From: Gammaproteobacteria bacterium
Lineage (GTDB): Bacteria > Pseudomonadota > Gammaproteobacteria > CAJXQU01
Direction: 5' to 3'
Assembly (NCBI GenBank): GCA_965223825.1
Contig: OZ245018.1
Span: 2,012,272-2,076,271, forward strand
Length of the DNA: 64,000 bases
Notes under the pieces: model-generated
Seen by the model: only the letters and a program-made list of their open reading frames with translations
What the model was told of the DNA's origin: nothing
Database searches by the model: none
Program-made: the position numbers and the translations under genes
Shown: positions 62,739-64,000 of the stretch, one piece after another
Position numbering within the stretch: position 1 is the first letter of the stretch
Layout of the letters: each line of letters starts with the position of its first letter

Positions 62739-63050
62739 TTAGATTTTCTTGTTTAAACACTTTTTCAACTTGCCGTTCACTTCCAGCGTGAGATCACTCT
62801 CAGGATGACAACGACAAGCCAGTACGTAACCTTCAGCTTGCTCAGCCTCAGTAATGTGCTCACGACTCATTTTTCGAGCGTGATAATTCCCATTGAGAAC
62901 GCGCACTTTGCACACACCACAGCCGCCTCCACGACAGCCGGACATGATGCCTTTCTTACCGACCCGCTCCATGCTGGAAAGCAGGTTTTGATCATCCGAG
63001 CAGGCATACTCAACCTGAATATCCTGTAAATAGATCGCATACTTTTTCAT
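62739..63050 (-). CDS. dmpQ: Plant-type [2Fe-2S] ferredoxin of the XylT/DmpQ type (C23O-reactivating ferredoxin).
   Basis: It is 103 aa. The motif CRGGGCGVCKVRV...LACRC is present. It sits between the phenol hydroxylase reductase and C23O, as in dmp/xyl operons. Confidence 0.8.
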   Translation of the reverse strand: MKKYAIYLQDIQVEYACSDDQNLLSSMERVGKKGIMSGCRGGGCGVCKVRVLNGNYHARKMSREHITEAEQAEGYVLACRCHPESDLTLEVNGKLKKCLNKKI

Positions 63051-63055
63051 GGCGA

Positions 63056-64000
63056 TTAAATACTTTTAAATAAAGGACTTTTCGATTGCTCATTTTTATT
63101 TTCATTGGTGAAAAAGTTTTCAACATAAATATCTTTTTCAAATAAACGGCCCTTCATCAACGTATTAATGCACGCATCTACCATCGGCGGCGGACCGCAG
63201 ATATACGCTTTATGACCATCAAACCTTCCACCAAAATGCTCCATCGCCGCTTCATGTACATATCCTCTTAGACCTTGCCAATCAGAGTCGTGTGGTTCAT
63301 CAGACACTGCGGGTACAAAGGTAAAGTTCGAATATTGCTTCGTCAGCGAAACGAACAAATCGTGATAGTAGAGTTCATCTTGATTACGCGCACCGTATAT
63401 AAGGGTGGTAGGACGTTTGTCATTTTTTTCTAGTAGATCGAGCACCATCGATTTAGGGCTGGATAAACCTGATCCACCGGCAAGAAAGATGAATGGTTGC
63501 GGTGCAGACTTGCGAATGAAGAAACGACCATACGGTCCGGAAAAGCGCAGCTCATCACCGACCTTTAATTCATTGTGCACATACGTTGTTCCCTTGCCGT
63601 TTTCGACAAGGCACACATTCAATTCAATTAAATTGGATTCGGACGGGGGATTCGCGATCGAAAATGCACGAGGATGATCATCAATTCCGGGAATATGTAA
63701 ATTAATATATTGCCCCGCTTGAAAGTCCATACCGCCATTTTCAATCGCCAAAAAGATCGCCTTAATACGTGGTGTAAAGGATTCAATTTTAGAAACCACA
63801 CCAACAAAATCGCGGACCGCATGCGACTCAGCATCCGGTTCCTCATCGATATCTGCTTCGATAACGAGATCCGATTCCGGAGTCGCGCAACAGGCCAGGC
63901 ATTTTCCTTCATCACGCTCCATATCCATTAAAGCAAACGGTGATGGACTACCGTGATCAATCTCACCTTCGACCACATCGACTTTACACGTCGCACATAA
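63056..64000 (-). CDS. dmpP: Phenol/toluene multicomponent monooxygenase reductase component (2Fe-2S plus FAD/NAD), N-terminus beyond the window.
   Basis: The frame stays open to nt 64000 and reads ...LCATCKVD VEGEIDHG..., matching the DmpP ferredoxin domain. The FNR-like motif RAFSIAN is present. The upstream hydroxylase genes presumably lie beyond the window. Confidence 0.85.
   Translation of the reverse strand, partial: LCATCKVDVVEGEIDHGSPSPFALMDMERDEGKCLACCATPESDLVIEADIDEEPDAESHAVRDFVGVVSKIESFTPRIKAIFLAIENGGMDFQAGQYINLHIPGIDDHPRAFSIANPPSESNLIELNVCLVENGKGTTYVHNELKVGDELRFSGPYGRFFIRKSAPQPFIFLAGGSGLSSPKSMVLDLLEKNDKRPTTLIYGARNQDELYYHDLFVSLTKQYSNFTFVPAVSDEPHDSDWQGLRGYVHEAAMEHFGGRFDGHKAYICGPPPMVDACINTLMKGRLFEKDIYVENFFTNENKNEQSKSPLFKSI

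Overview
This 64-kb window looks like chromosomal DNA from a marine-type gammaproteobacterium. Coding density is about 90%. Codon usage is moderately AT-rich, with frequent TTG and GTG starts. I found no rRNA, tRNA, CRISPR array, transposase or integrase.

The window splits into two parts.

Part 1 (1-32,900) is ordinary chromosome with some accessory genes:
- A 5'-truncated hybrid sensor kinase with a multi-TM permease-like input domain and a Cys-rich cluster. It is translationally coupled to a REC-LuxR response regulator and is followed by a dCache-type MCP.
- A large-form NAD-glutamate dehydrogenase.
- A 2221-aa secreted protein built from 4 repeated beta-sandwich modules, 5 cadherin/He_PIG-like domains, 3 lamin-tail domains and a C-terminal CotH-like domain.
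- A YcaQ/AlkZ-like winged-helix protein and a small-molecule SAM methyltransferase.
- A tripartite RND efflux operon (NodT-type OMF lipoprotein, MFP, RND pump) translationally coupled to an OmpR-type two-component system.
- A thiol-redox cluster: Grx2-like, DsbA-like HCCA-isomerase-like and AhpD-like proteins with a LysR regulator.
- An isolated HNH endonuclease gene next to a nested hairpin.
- A short prp locus (prpR-type GntR regulator, prpB, prpC) with no acnD/prpF or prpD downstream.

Part 2 (33,000-64,000) is a carbon-catabolic island, nearly all on the minus strand:
- RuMP genes hps and phi, plus transaldolase, an SDR, a class-V PLP enzyme, ppsA and ppsR.
- A catechol meta-cleavage lower pathway in the non-canonical order GlcG-like, HMS dehydrogenase, hydratase, acylating acetaldehyde dehydrogenase, aldolase, 4-oxalocrotonate decarboxylase, then a 380-bp spacer, then the HMS hydrolase. 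I found no 4-oxalocrotonate tautomerase.
- A divergent GntR regulator.
- A four-gene module of DUF1302 (apparently disrupted), DUF1329, a BNR/Ycf48-like beta-propeller lipoprotein and an MMPL/RND transporter.
- A VanA-type Rieske oxygenase and a VanB/PDR-type reductase separated by a 938-aa MalT-type regulator.
- The 3' end of a dmp-like phenol-hydroxylase operon: the reductase (partial, runs off the window), an XylT/DmpQ ferredoxin and catechol 2,3-dioxygenase.

The most notable non-coding signal is a roughly 32-bp motif, ATATCGATATTTT-N6-TGTCGATATTTT, present three times. It sits upstream of the lower-pathway operon, upstream of the DUF1302 module and at an internal promoter in front of the catechol 2,3-dioxygenase gene. 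This suggests one uncharacterised regulon linking catechol cleavage to the DUF1302/DUF1329/BNR/RND envelope module.

Everything here rests on reading the sequence by eye. Domain calls are from remembered family signatures, not database searches. Coordinates of small non-coding elements may be off by 1-2 nt.
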